From: Ignicoccus hospitalis KIN4/I
GTDB lineage: Archaea > Thermoproteota > Thermoprotei_A > Sulfolobales > Ignicoccaceae
Direction of reading: 5' to 3'
NCBI RefSeq assembly: GCF_000017945.1
Contig: NC_009776.1
Coordinates: 210,001 to 242,000, forward strand
Length of the DNA: 32,000 nucleotides
Under the pieces are notes generated by a model that had not been told where the DNA came from, made no database searches, and saw nothing but the letters and a program-made list of their open reading frames with translations. Positions within the stretch are counted from its first letter, which is position 1, and every line of letters starts with the position of its first letter. Positions 10,200 to 17,922 of the stretch are shown piece by piece. A program made the position numbers and the translations under genes.

Positions 10200-10299
10200 T
10201 GGGGCCGCCGCCGGGATTTGAACCCGGGACCTCGGGATCTCCGCGGCCTCAGCCGGGCCTCCACAGTCCCGCGCTCTAACCAGCTGAGCTACGGCGGCC
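10200..10299 (-). tRNA. tRNA-His (anticodon GTG) with a canonical-position intron, an encoded G-1 and an encoded CCA
   Basis: Hand-folded cloverleaf on the minus strand: G(-1) GCCGCCG TA GCTC AGCTGGTTA GAGC G CGGGA CTGTGG[intron, about 22 nt, 10239..10260]A TCCCG AGGTC CCGGG TTCAAAT CCCGG CGGCGGC C CCA. All stems are Watson-Crick. The extra 5' G opposite discriminator C is the tRNA-His identity feature. Confidence 0.9.
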
Positions 10300-10339
10300 A
10301 GCTTCCGGGCGGCGCCCCAGCGTTCCGCTCCCTGGAAGG

Positions 10340-10347
10340 TTTAAAAA
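10340..10347 (-). promoter_or_regulatory. TATA box candidate (TTTTTAAA on the minus strand) for tRNA-His
   Basis: Isolated A/T octamer about 44 nt upstream of the mature tRNA 5' end. This is compatible with a short 5' leader. Confidence 0.35.
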
Positions 10348-10404
10348 GTTGGAGCACGGGACCGCGCCGGAGCCTCGGCCCCGAGGGTTCGGAACTCTGA
10401 GCCT

Positions 10405-10647
10405 TTACCCCCTATGAAGTACCGGGTAGAGCTCCACCACGTCGCCGTCCTCCAAGCTCTCGTCCAACAGAGCCGACCTCTCTACGCCGTTGACGAATAC
10501 TAGCAATATTGCCTTGGGTTCTCCGTCCTCGTCGACGTACCTCTCCAAGCCGAAGAGCTTCCGGGCGCAGAGCAACAACTCCTTCAAGTTCTTGGCCTCT
10601 AGCTCCGCCCTCCGGCCGTCCCAGAGCCTCAGTTCCACCATCCTCAC
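10405..10647 (-). CDS. Small beta-grasp (MoaD/ThiS/ubiquitin-like) protein, putative
   Basis: 80 aa. The C-terminal part, ILLVFVNGVERSALLDESLEDGDVVELYPVLHRG, resembles the ThiS/MoaD pattern (VNG...L.dGDeV.i.P...GG) but ends in RG rather than GG. The start is GTG at 10647 or ATG at 10641. Confidence 0.45.
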   Translation of the reverse strand: MRMVELRLWDGRRAELEAKNLKELLLCARKLFGLERYVDEDGEPKAILLVFVNGVERSALLDESLEDGDVVELYPVLHRG

Positions 10648-10653
10648 AGCCTC

Positions 10654-10668
10654 GTGAAGTTACTTCAC
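10654..10668. promoter_or_regulatory. Perfect 15-bp palindrome GTGAAGT-T-ACTTCAC in a divergent promoter spacer
   Basis: Read directly from the sequence. It sits between the beta-grasp gene start (10647/10641) and the usp start (10703). A CTTTAAC TATA-like element follows at 10674..10680. Confidence 0.3.
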
Positions 10669-10702
10669 CCGCGCTTTAACGGGCCCCCGAGGGCTCTGGG
10701 CT

Positions 10703-11128
10703 TTGCTGGAGTGCGCGTTGCTGGCGTACGACGCTTCACCCCCCTCTCGGAAAGCTTTACACTTCGCGAAGGAGTTAGCGAAGAAAACTGGTTCGGAGCT
10801 CTTAGTACTTTACGTTATAGATATAAAGAAACTAAACGAAGTTTTAGGTAACTTAGACGTGGAAAAGCTGAAAGTTCTGGAGAGGAGGGCTAACTCTTTG
10901 GTGGAGGACGCAGTTAAGTACTTGAACGAAGAAGGCGTCAAGGCTAGGGGGCTGGTGAAGAAGGGGCCTCCGCCGGAAGCGATAGTGGAGACGGCGGCGG
11001 AGGAGGGCTGTTCAATGATAATTGTGGGCTCCCGCGGCCTCAAGGGCCTCAAGAGGGCGCTCTTGGGTAGCGTTTCAGATAAGGTGCTTAGGATAAGCAA
11101 CGTACCGGTGCTCATCGTAAAGGGCTAA
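10703..11128 (+). CDS. Universal stress protein (UspA family)
   Basis: 141 aa. LLAYDASPPSRKALHFA is followed by the C-terminal ATP-binding motif IIVGSRGLKGLKRALLGSVSDKVLRISNVPVLIV (G-2x-G-9x-G(S/T)). Confidence 0.85.
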   Translation: MLECALLAYDASPPSRKALHFAKELAKKTGSELLVLYVIDIKKLNEVLGNLDVEKLKVLERRANSLVEDAVKYLNEEGVKARGLVKKGPPPEAIVETAAEEGCSMIIVGSRGLKGLKRALLGSVSDKVLRISNVPVLIVKG

Positions 11129-11167
11129 AGGTAGATTAGGCCTCTGAGCGGTAGAAAGTCATGAGGT

Positions 11168-13149
11168 GTGTCCTTGACCGAAGAACAGAAGACTGTGTTA
11201 CCGATCAGTAAGGGCGTGGTCCCTACTGGAAAGCTCCACGAGATGAGGAAGAGGGCCCTCGAGGACCCGGAGGGCTTCTGGTCGGAGATCGCCTCGGAGC
11301 TCTATTGGAAGAAGGGTTGGGATAAGGTAGTCGAGGGCGAGGCCCCCTACTTCAAGTGGTTCGTGGGCGGGAAGACCAACATATCCTACAACGCCTTAGA
11401 CAGGCACGTTAAGACTTGGAGGAGGAACAAGGCCGCCATAATCTGGGAGGGCGAGCCCGGCGAGACCAGGGTCATGACTTATTACCAGCTCTGGAAGGAA
11501 GTAAACCGCTTCGCCAACGTGCTGAAGGATTTGGGCGTTAAGAAGGGAGACAGAGTGACCATTTACATGCCCATGGTTCCCGAGGCAGTCGTCGCTATGC
11601 TGGCGACCGTGAGGGTCGGCGCGATCCACAGCGTGGTCTTCTCCGGGTTCTCTGCGAAGGGGTTGGCGGAGAGGATAAACGACGCTCAAGCTAAGGTCGT
11701 GATAACGGCCGACGGCATGTGGAGGAGGGGGAAGAAGCTCATACTCAAGGAAATAGTGGACAAGGCTTTGGAGGAGACGCCGTCCGTGGAGAGCGTGGTG
11801 GTTTACAAGAGGCTGGGCGAGGAGGTCAACATGGTCGAGGGCAGGGACTACTGGTGGGACGACCTCATGGAGGGCGCGGAGGACTACGCGGAGCCCGAGT
11901 GGGTGGAGAGCGAGCACCCCTCCTTCATCCTCTACACTTCCGGCACCACCGGCAAGCCCAAGGGGATAATTCACGACACCGGGGGCTACATGGTAGGAGT
12001 CTACGCTACGATGAAGTGGGTATTCGACATAAGGGACGACGACTTGCACTGGTGTACTGCAGACATAGGCTGGATCACCGGCCACTCCTACGTGGTCTAC
12101 GGCCCCTTGCTCCACGGGGCCACTACCCTCATGTACGAGGGCGCCCCCGACTACCCCAAGCCCGACCGCTGGTGGAGCATAATTGAGAAGTACGGTGTAA
12201 CTACCTTCTACACGGCTCCCACGGCTATAAGGATGTTCATGAGGTATGGCGAGAAGTGGGTGGAGAAGCACGACCTCAGCACCTTGAGGATCTTGGGCAG
12301 CGTCGGCGAGCCCATAAACCCGGAGGCGTGGTGGTGGTACTTCAAGCACGTCGGCAAGGGCAAGTGTCCCATAGTAGACACTTGGTGGCAGACGGAGACC
12401 GGGCACACATAGTAGACACTTGGTGGCAGACGGAGACCGGGCACATAATGATAAGCCCCGCCCCCGGGATAGAGCTGGTCCCCCTGAAGCCGGGGAGCGC
12501 CACCTTCCCGTTGCCCGGCGTGGACGCCGAGGTGGTGGACGACAACGGCAACCCCGCGCCTCCCGGAACTAAGGGCTACTTGGTCATAAGGAAGCCGTGG
12601 CCCGGCATGTTGCACGGTATCTGGGGAGACCCGGAGAGGTACGTGAGGACCTACTGGAGCAAGTTCCCCGGGTGGTACTTCACCGGCGACTACGCGATGA
12701 AGGACGAGGACGGCTACTTCTGGATATTGGGTAGGGCGGACGACGTGATCAAGGTCGCCGGCCACAGGCTGGGCACCTTGGAGATAGAGAGCGCCTTCGT
12801 CGCCCACCCCGCGGTGGCCGAGGCGGCGGTGGTGGGCAAGCCCCACCCGGTCAAGGGAGAGGGCATAGTGGCCTTCGTAGTGTTGAAGGAGGGTTACCAG
12901 CCCAGCGACGAACTGAGGGATGAGCTGAGGAAGTGGATAAGGGAGACCATAGGCCCCGTCGCCACTCCGGACGAGATACACTTCGTTACCAAGTTGCCTA
13001 AGACTAGGAGCGGAAAGATAATGAGGAGGGTGCTTAGGGCGGTGATAAGCGGCCAGCCCTTGGGAGACTTGAGCACCTTGGAGGACGAGGCGTCCGTGGA
13101 GGAAGTGAAGAGGGCGGTAGAGGAGTTGAGGAGAGACTTAGGAATGTGA
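11168..13149 (+). pseudogene. acs: AMP-forming acetyl-CoA synthetase, interrupted by a 38-bp tandem duplication (frameshift plus premature TAG at 12410..12412)
   Basis: ORF 11168..12412 carries the ACS N-terminal domain ([14 protein letters not shown]-binding motif, ...[14 protein letters not shown]). The continuation, [20 protein letters not shown]...[10 protein letters not shown], lies in another frame from 12406 to 13149. Removing one 38-bp copy would give a single ORF of about 659 aa. Confidence 0.85.
12370..12445 (+). repeat. Perfect head-to-tail duplication, 2 x 38 bp (CATAGTAGACACTTGGTGGCAGACGGAGACCGGGCACA)
   Basis: Copies at 12370..12407 and 12408..12445 are identical base for base. 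The flanking bases differ, so the unit is exactly 38 bp, which is not a multiple of 3. Confidence 0.97.
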
Positions 13150-13160
13150 CCTCGAGGAAC

Positions 13161-13184
13161 CCTTTCTTTCACTTTAAATAAAAA
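13161..13184. terminator. A/T-rich convergent terminator region (CCTTTCTTTCACTTTAAATAAAAA)
   Basis: T tracts on both strands lie between the acs stop (13149) and the stop of the convergent 138-aa ORF (13186). Confidence 0.35.
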
Positions 13185-13185
13185 C

Positions 13186-13602
13186 TTACCAACCCAAGAC
13201 CCCGCCTATGTCCGCGGTCTCCTCGGCCTCGGTCGCGCACTGGACCGCTAGGGCCCCTACCTTGTCGCTGAGCCAGTTCCTAACGTAGTCCAGCTTGTTC
13301 TCCTCCACGACGTACATGTCGCTCAAGGCGCTCTCGCCGCACTTGCCGGAGAAGTGGGCCTCTAACATGTTACCCCTCTTCCCAAAGGTGACTTCCACGT
13401 TCATCTCGTACTTCCCGGGCTTTACCTTCCTAGTCTCGCCGCCGGCGCTTATCTGGCCCTCCTTGACTACCTCGAAGACTATCTTCATTGAGAGGGAACC
13501 CTCGCCCTCTTGCACCTCCACTTGAGGCTCGCCTATGAACCCTCCCAAGGCGTTCTCCAAGCCCTTGAGGGCTGCCTTCTGGGCCGACCTCGCGCTTATC
13601 AC
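13186..13602 (-). CDS. Hypothetical protein (138 aa)
   Basis: Clean ORF with a GTG start and codon usage like its neighbours. It lies downstream of, and co-directional with, the metallophosphoesterase gene. I recognise no family. Confidence 0.45.
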   Translation of the reverse strand: MISARSAQKAALKGLENALGGFIGEPQVEVQEGEGSLSMKIVFEVVKEGQISAGGETRKVKPGKYEMNVEVTFGKRGNMLEAHFSGKCGESALSDMYVVEENKLDYVRNWLSDKVGALAVQCATEAEETADIGGVLGW

Positions 13603-13693
13603 GGCTCCTTCCCAAGAGAGAAGGCCCTCTGGGGGTGTAATAGGCCTCCGTCCCGTGACCCGCTCCTCACCCAGTCGGCCAAGTACGCGATCC

Positions 13694-14443
13694 TCATCGG
13701 CCCAAGGGAGCTTCCTCCACGAGCAGGCCCGCCAAGTCCTCCAGAGCGGGCAGCTCTACCACCCCCAGCTCCGGGTCCGCGGCGTAGGGGACGGCCTTCT
13801 TGAGGTCCAGCTCCTTCAGTATAGGCGACAAGTAAGCTTCTCTATTTGGAGTAACGCTGGTCCCGGACTGGTAGAGGCCCACCGCAGGCAACACCACGAC
13901 CACTCCCCTCCGCGAGGGGACCTTTAGGTAGCACGGGAACTTCGCAGTGGCACCCACCGGGTCCCTCAGCGCCACGCTCGGGTGCTCGTGGCCCATAATA
14001 GTTACCTCGCCCAGCTCCGCGGCCTTGTGGCCGTGGATTACCTTCACCCCCTCGCTCAAGTCCAGCTCGTCCACCACCTCGAACCCGGCGTCCTCCACCA
14101 GCTTCTTGACGAAATTGTCGTGGTTCCCCCTTACTAACACCAACTCCACACCCTTCTTCTGAGCCGCCGACAAGAAGGCCTCTACGTCCCTCTTTTCCAT
14201 CTTGCCCAGCCTTCCGAACTGGTGTTTCAAGTCGCCCGCTACGACGACCTTCTTGACCGCCTTGGAGACGCTCTCTAGGACCTCCAGCGCCCTCCTAAGC
14301 TGGGCGGGGGGCAAGAAGACCCCCTTTCTGCTCATCTCTTCCTCGAAGCCCAAGTGGAGGTCCGCTATTATTGCATAGCCCTTGTACAGCAAGGCCCCTT
14401 GAGGGGTGGCGTAAAGTCCCCGCTCTAGCTCTACGGCTTCCAC
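13694..14443 (-). CDS. Calcineurin-like metallophosphoesterase (SbcD/Mre11-related small archaeal family)
   Basis: 249 aa. Motifs appear in order: IADLHLG, VVAGDLKH, RGNHD, HGH and MGHEHP, which is the metallophosphoesterase motif series. Confidence 0.8.
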   Translation of the reverse strand: MEAVELERGLYATPQGALLYKGYAIIADLHLGFEEEMSRKGVFLPPAQLRRALEVLESVSKAVKKVVVAGDLKHQFGRLGKMEKRDVEAFLSAAQKKGVELVLVRGNHDNFVKKLVEDAGFEVVDELDLSEGVKVIHGHKAAELGEVTIMGHEHPSVALRDPVGATAKFPCYLKVPSRRGVVVVLPAVGLYQSGTSVTPNREAYLSPILKELDLKKAVPYAADPELGVVELPALEDLAGLLVEEAPLGR

Positions 14444-14473
14444 TCGGGACCCCAGAGCTTAGGGACGTAGGGG

Positions 14474-15136
14474 TTAATACTTAGGGGAGCGCCTCAGCTC
14501 GCCCTCCCCGGTTATCCAGTACTCGCCGTCGGTCCTCACTTCCCTCTTCCATATCGGGGGCTCGTGCTTCAACCTCTCTAAGATCTCCCTAGCGGCTTTG
14601 AACGCGCTCTCCCTATCCTTTCCGCTAACTGCTATTATCAAGGTTTTTTGTCCCACCTTACGGGGCCCTAAGAACTGCACCACCCTCGCGTCTAAGGCCC
14701 CCCACTTCTTCAGTTCCTCCTCCACTATCTTTTCCATAAACTCCTTCACGCTCGGATGAGCTTCGTATATTAGCTCTAATACTTTAGATCCTTTAGATTT
14801 TACCGTCCCAACGAAGATTACCGTGGCACCCGACTCGGGGTCGCCCAACTCCTCCACCAAGCCGTCCAAGCTCCAGTCCTCCTCTTCGGTGAGCACCACC
14901 CTCCCCCCTCCGCCGGCGGCGGGGGGCACCAGCTCGTACTCCCCCTCCGTTAAGGGCTCTTCGTCCTCGGCGAACCTGCCGTCCTTCAAGACCACGGGCT
15001 CTGGGTAGCCCTCCGGCAACAGCTCGAGAACCTTCCTCTTGAGGTCGGCCACCTTAGAGCCCTCCGGCAACTCGAGCTCCGCGGCCTCACCGAGCGCGTC
15101 CTTGTACATAGCGTACAACTTCAACTTGACCTTCAA
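14474..15136 (-). CDS. moaE: Fused MoaD-MoaE molybdopterin synthase (small plus large subunit in one ORF)
   Basis: The N-terminal ~77 aa are MoaD-like and end in YELVPPAAGGGG. The C-terminal part is MoaE-like (VIFVGTVKS...YEAHPSVKEF...VGQKTLIIAVSGKDRESAFKAAREILERLKHEPPIWKREV). TTG start. Confidence 0.78.
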   Translation of the reverse strand: MKVKLKLYAMYKDALGEAAELELPEGSKVADLKRKVLELLPEGYPEPVVLKDGRFAEDEEPLTEGEYELVPPAAGGGGRVVLTEEEDWSLDGLVEELGDPESGATVIFVGTVKSKGSKVLELIYEAHPSVKEFMEKIVEEELKKWGALDARVVQFLGPRKVGQKTLIIAVSGKDRESAFKAAREILERLKHEPPIWKREVRTDGEYWITGEGELRRSPKY

Positions 15137-15200
15137 CTCGCGCCTCCGCCTTCGTTACGCCCCCGCGGGATTTGAGGGGAGCGGTCGTCCGCGCCCAAGC

Positions 15201-15209
15201 TTATATAAA
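15201..15209 (+). promoter_or_regulatory. Strong TATA box (TTATATAAA)
   Basis: Lies about 36 nt upstream of the ATG at 15241, inside an otherwise GC-rich divergent spacer. Confidence 0.5.
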
Positions 15210-15240
15210 TGGAACGGGTAACTGGTAGGGGCTCCGCAAC

Positions 15241-16707
15241 ATGTACTACCGTACACGAGAGGCTAGGTCCGAGTTCCTGAGGAAGGTTAGGGAGGAGGCA
15301 ATAGACTTCCCCGACTACGAGGTAATAGACTCGCCGTCGCCCGAGCTCTACAAGTTCATTTTTCCCTTCAAGGAAGTGCCGCGCGTGTTCTTCGACGGCA
15401 TAATACTCCCTACGGAGCTGCCCTCAGAGATATGGATAACGGACACCACCTTCAGAGACGGCCAGCAAGCCCGGGAGCCCTACACGGTCGAGCAGATAGT
15501 GCGCTTGTACAAGTACTTACACGAGCTCGGAGGCCCCTTAGGGAAGATTAAGACCACAGAGTTCTTCCTGTATACAGAGAAGGACAAGGAGGCAGTGAGG
15601 AGGGTAAAGGAGCTGGGCTACAAATATCCGATCCCCACCGGGTGGATAAGGGCGAAGAAGGAAGAGCTCAGCTTGGTTAAGGAGGCCGGCTTGGAGGAGA
15701 CCGGAATACTCGCCTCCATAAGCGACTACCACATATACTTCAAGTTTAAGGCTTCCAGGGGCAAAGTCGTAGAGAAGTACTTGAGCGTCGTGGAGGAGGC
15801 CCTTAAGATGGACATAATACCCAGGGTGCACTTGGAGGACATAACTAGGGCAAACATATTCGAAGTGGTAGTCCCGTTCGTCCGAAAGTTAATGAAGTTG
15901 AGCGAGAGGTACGGGCTCCCGGTGAAGGTTAGGTACCCCGACACGCTGGGCGTCGGCGTGCCCATAGTGGAGGCGATGTTGCCTAGGAGCATCCCCAAGC
16001 TAACTTGGGTCCTCCGCCACGTCTGCGGCGTGCCGAGCGAGTGGCTGGAGTTCCACGGCCACAACGACTTCCACTTAGGAGTGGCTAACGCGGTGAGCGC
16101 TTGGCTCTACGGCGCCGGGCTGAACAACGGCACGCTGTTAGGGATAGGCGAGAGGGCGGGCAACGTGCCGATAGAGGCCTTAGTCTTCGCCTACGCCCAG
16201 CTGAAGCACGGGTTTGACGGGATGAACACTAAGGTGATAACCGAGATAGCCAAGTACTACCGCGACGAGCTGGGTTACGAGGTACCGCCTTACTACCCCA
16301 TAGTAGGGAGGAACTTCGCCGTGACGAGGGCCGGAATCCACGCGGACGGGCTCTTGAAGAACCCGGAGACCTACTTGCCCTTCGACACGGAAGGGATCTT
16401 GGGCGTGAAGCCCGGAGTCGCCATAACTCCCTACGCGGGCTTGGCCGGCATAGTCTACTGGATAAACAAGACTTTCGACCTAAAGGGGGAGGAACAAGTG
16501 AGCAAGAAGGACCCGAAGGTGCAAGCGATATACAAGGACGTCATGAAGCAGTTCGAGCACGGCCGCTTGACTGCCTTGAGCGACGCCGAGATGCTGGCGC
16601 TGGTCGCCAAGCACGCGCCGGAGCTCATCAAGAAGTACTGGGACAGGCTCCCGGAGGACTTGAAGGCCAAAGCGGTGGCGCTGCTGGACCTCGCGGAGAG
16701 GAGATAA
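15241..16707 (+). CDS. HMGL-like (pyruvate carboxyltransferase) family enzyme: homocitrate / 2-isopropylmalate / Re-citrate synthase-like
   Basis: 488 aa. ITDTTFRDGQQ is the DRE-TIM metallolyase N-terminal motif, and HGHNDFHLGVANAVSAW is the metal-binding HxH motif. GTLLGIGERAGN is also present. It has a ~65-aa N-terminal extension and lacks a LeuA-type regulatory C-terminal domain. Confidence 0.8.
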   Translation: MYYRTREARSEFLRKVREEAIDFPDYEVIDSPSPELYKFIFPFKEVPRVFFDGIILPTELPSEIWITDTTFRDGQQAREPYTVEQIVRLYKYLHELGGPLGKIKTTEFFLYTEKDKEAVRRVKELGYKYPIPTGWIRAKKEELSLVKEAGLEETGILASISDYHIYFKFKASRGKVVEKYLSVVEEALKMDIIPRVHLEDITRANIFEVVVPFVRKLMKLSERYGLPVKVRYPDTLGVGVPIVEAMLPRSIPKLTWVLRHVCGVPSEWLEFHGHNDFHLGVANAVSAWLYGAGLNNGTLLGIGERAGNVPIEALVFAYAQLKHGFDGMNTKVITEIAKYYRDELGYEVPPYYPIVGRNFAVTRAGIHADGLLKNPETYLPFDTEGILGVKPGVAITPYAGLAGIVYWINKTFDLKGEEQVSKKDPKVQAIYKDVMKQFEHGRLTALSDAEMLALVAKHAPELIKKYWDRLPEDLKAKAVALLDLAERR

Positions 16708-16741
16708 GAGCTTTTCCTCTCCCAGTAAGCCGGGACCCCCA

Positions 16742-16927
16742 GTGAGCTTGTTGGAGAAGGTCGAGTTAGCCCTTTCTATAACCTTCATAATATTGTTAAT
16801 AGCCTTGGCGGTGGTCGCAGACTCCAACGGCTTGGGGGCGGAGGGGACCTTGGCCCTCGCCGCGGCGACCGCGGCCTCGGGCGGGGCGGCGATACTGCTC
16901 CACCACGTGAGCGCCGACAAGCCTTAG
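16742..16927 (+). CDS. Possible small membrane protein (61 aa)
   Basis: GTG-start ORF with two hydrophobic segments (LALSITFIILLIALAVVA and LALAAATAASGGAAILL). There is no other support. Confidence 0.25.
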   Translation: MSLLEKVELALSITFIILLIALAVVADSNGLGAEGTLALAAATAASGGAAILLHHVSADKP

Positions 16928-17298
16928 CGCTTCACCACGTCTAAATAATCTTGTATGAAGCCTTTCTTCACCATCTCCTCGTACGTCCTCCATATCCTCT
17001 TCACGTTAGTGAACTTAGTCTCGAAGCCCTTCTGCTCCAAGATCTCGTAGACCACGTCCACGAACTCTTGGGGCGAGGGCCCCGCGGAGAGCGCCTCTAC
17101 TATAACCTTCATCAAGTCCTTCCTGGTCGGCCTCCTCTTGTTCACCTTCCTCACCCTCCTCTCCTTCTCTATCTCCTCTAGGACCTCACGCAGCGCCTCC
17201 TCGGGGACCCAGTCGAGCTGCAAGGCGACCCCAAGGACTAAAACCTCCGTTCTTGATAAGTTTTGGTGCCGCAAGGTGTACTTCCGAATAAAAGGCAC
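16924..17298 (-). CDS. Hypothetical protein (124 aa, basic centre KERRVRKVNKRRPTRK)
   Basis: ORF with normal composition and a lysine/arginine-rich middle segment. I recognise no family, and the start is uncertain. Confidence 0.4.
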   Translation of the reverse strand: MPFIRKYTLRHQNLSRTEVLVLGVALQLDWVPEEALREVLEEIEKERRVRKVNKRRPTRKDLMKVIVEALSAGPSPQEFVDVVYEILEQKGFETKFTNVKRIWRTYEEMVKKGFIQDYLDVVKR

Positions 17299-17538
17299 TT
17301 ACACAAAAAGGACAGAAGAGTTCTGCGAGTCTTGCGTGCCGGTGAGCTTGCGTGAAGGAGGTTCGCTTGAAGGAAGTGAAGACGGTGAGGACTAGGTGTT
17401 CCAAGTGCCCCCTCAGTAGGATCTGCTTAAAAAGGCGCGACTGAAGTTAGAGACGGTGTAGCCGCCATAGCGGAAGAGGTTCTTGACAAGAGTTTATTTC
17501 TGCTTCACGAGGACGGCTACTCCGTTTACCTGGACGAG

Positions 17539-17922
17539 GTGTTAACGGAAGTCTACCAGCAGTGCCTAGAGAGACCCAGCGACGCTACCTTGGAAGACTT
17601 GATGAAGACCCACACCAAGTGCATAAGTGAGGTCTTGAAGATAAGGCCGGTAATAACCATGATCGAGGGCGAGGAGAAGGCGAAAACCATCATGGTCGAC
17701 AAGGACGACGTTTACTTGTTGGAGTGCGAGGACATAAGCGACGACCTCCTCGAGGACGCCAAGCTAACCAACGAGCTCTTGTTCGCTTTCGACGACGTCT
17801 TAATAGACGAGCTGGAAGACGCAGTAAAGGTAATCATGTGTACGTTGAAGAAGAGAAAGTTGAAGGAAGAAGAGAAGAAGGAGATGTCTAACTTTTGGAG
17901 TTTGAAGTCTAACAGTTTTTAG
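17539..17922 (+). CDS. Hypothetical acidic protein (127 aa) with a lysine-rich tail
   Basis: Low-GC ORF with a GTG start. The reading frame is open, and looks protein-like, from 17431, but has no canonical start before 17539. It overlaps the convergent DUF885 gene by 4 nt. Confidence 0.35.
   Translation: MLTEVYQQCLERPSDATLEDLMKTHTKCISEVLKIRPVITMIEGEEKAKTIMVDKDDVYLLECEDISDDLLEDAKLTNELLFAFDDVLIDELEDAVKVIMCTLKKRKLKEEEKKEMSNFWSLKSNSF

Noticed and set aside
10118-10404. tRNA-His as an integration site for a mobile element
   Set aside because: There is no integrase, no duplicated tRNA 3' fragment elsewhere in the window, and the flanking genes are housekeeping (pelota and a beta-grasp protein).
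12256-12405. First ~50 codons of ORF 12256..13149 ([20 protein letters not shown]...)
   Set aside because: This is an out-of-frame read of the ACS N-terminal fragment. ACS-like sequence in this frame begins only at 12406, after the duplication. It is not a real N-terminus.
11396-12981. Two long minus-strand ORFs (336 aa and 257 aa) opposite the acs gene
   Set aside because: They have Pro/Gly/Val/Leu-rich shadow-frame composition and overlap a gene with unmistakable ACS motifs on the plus strand.
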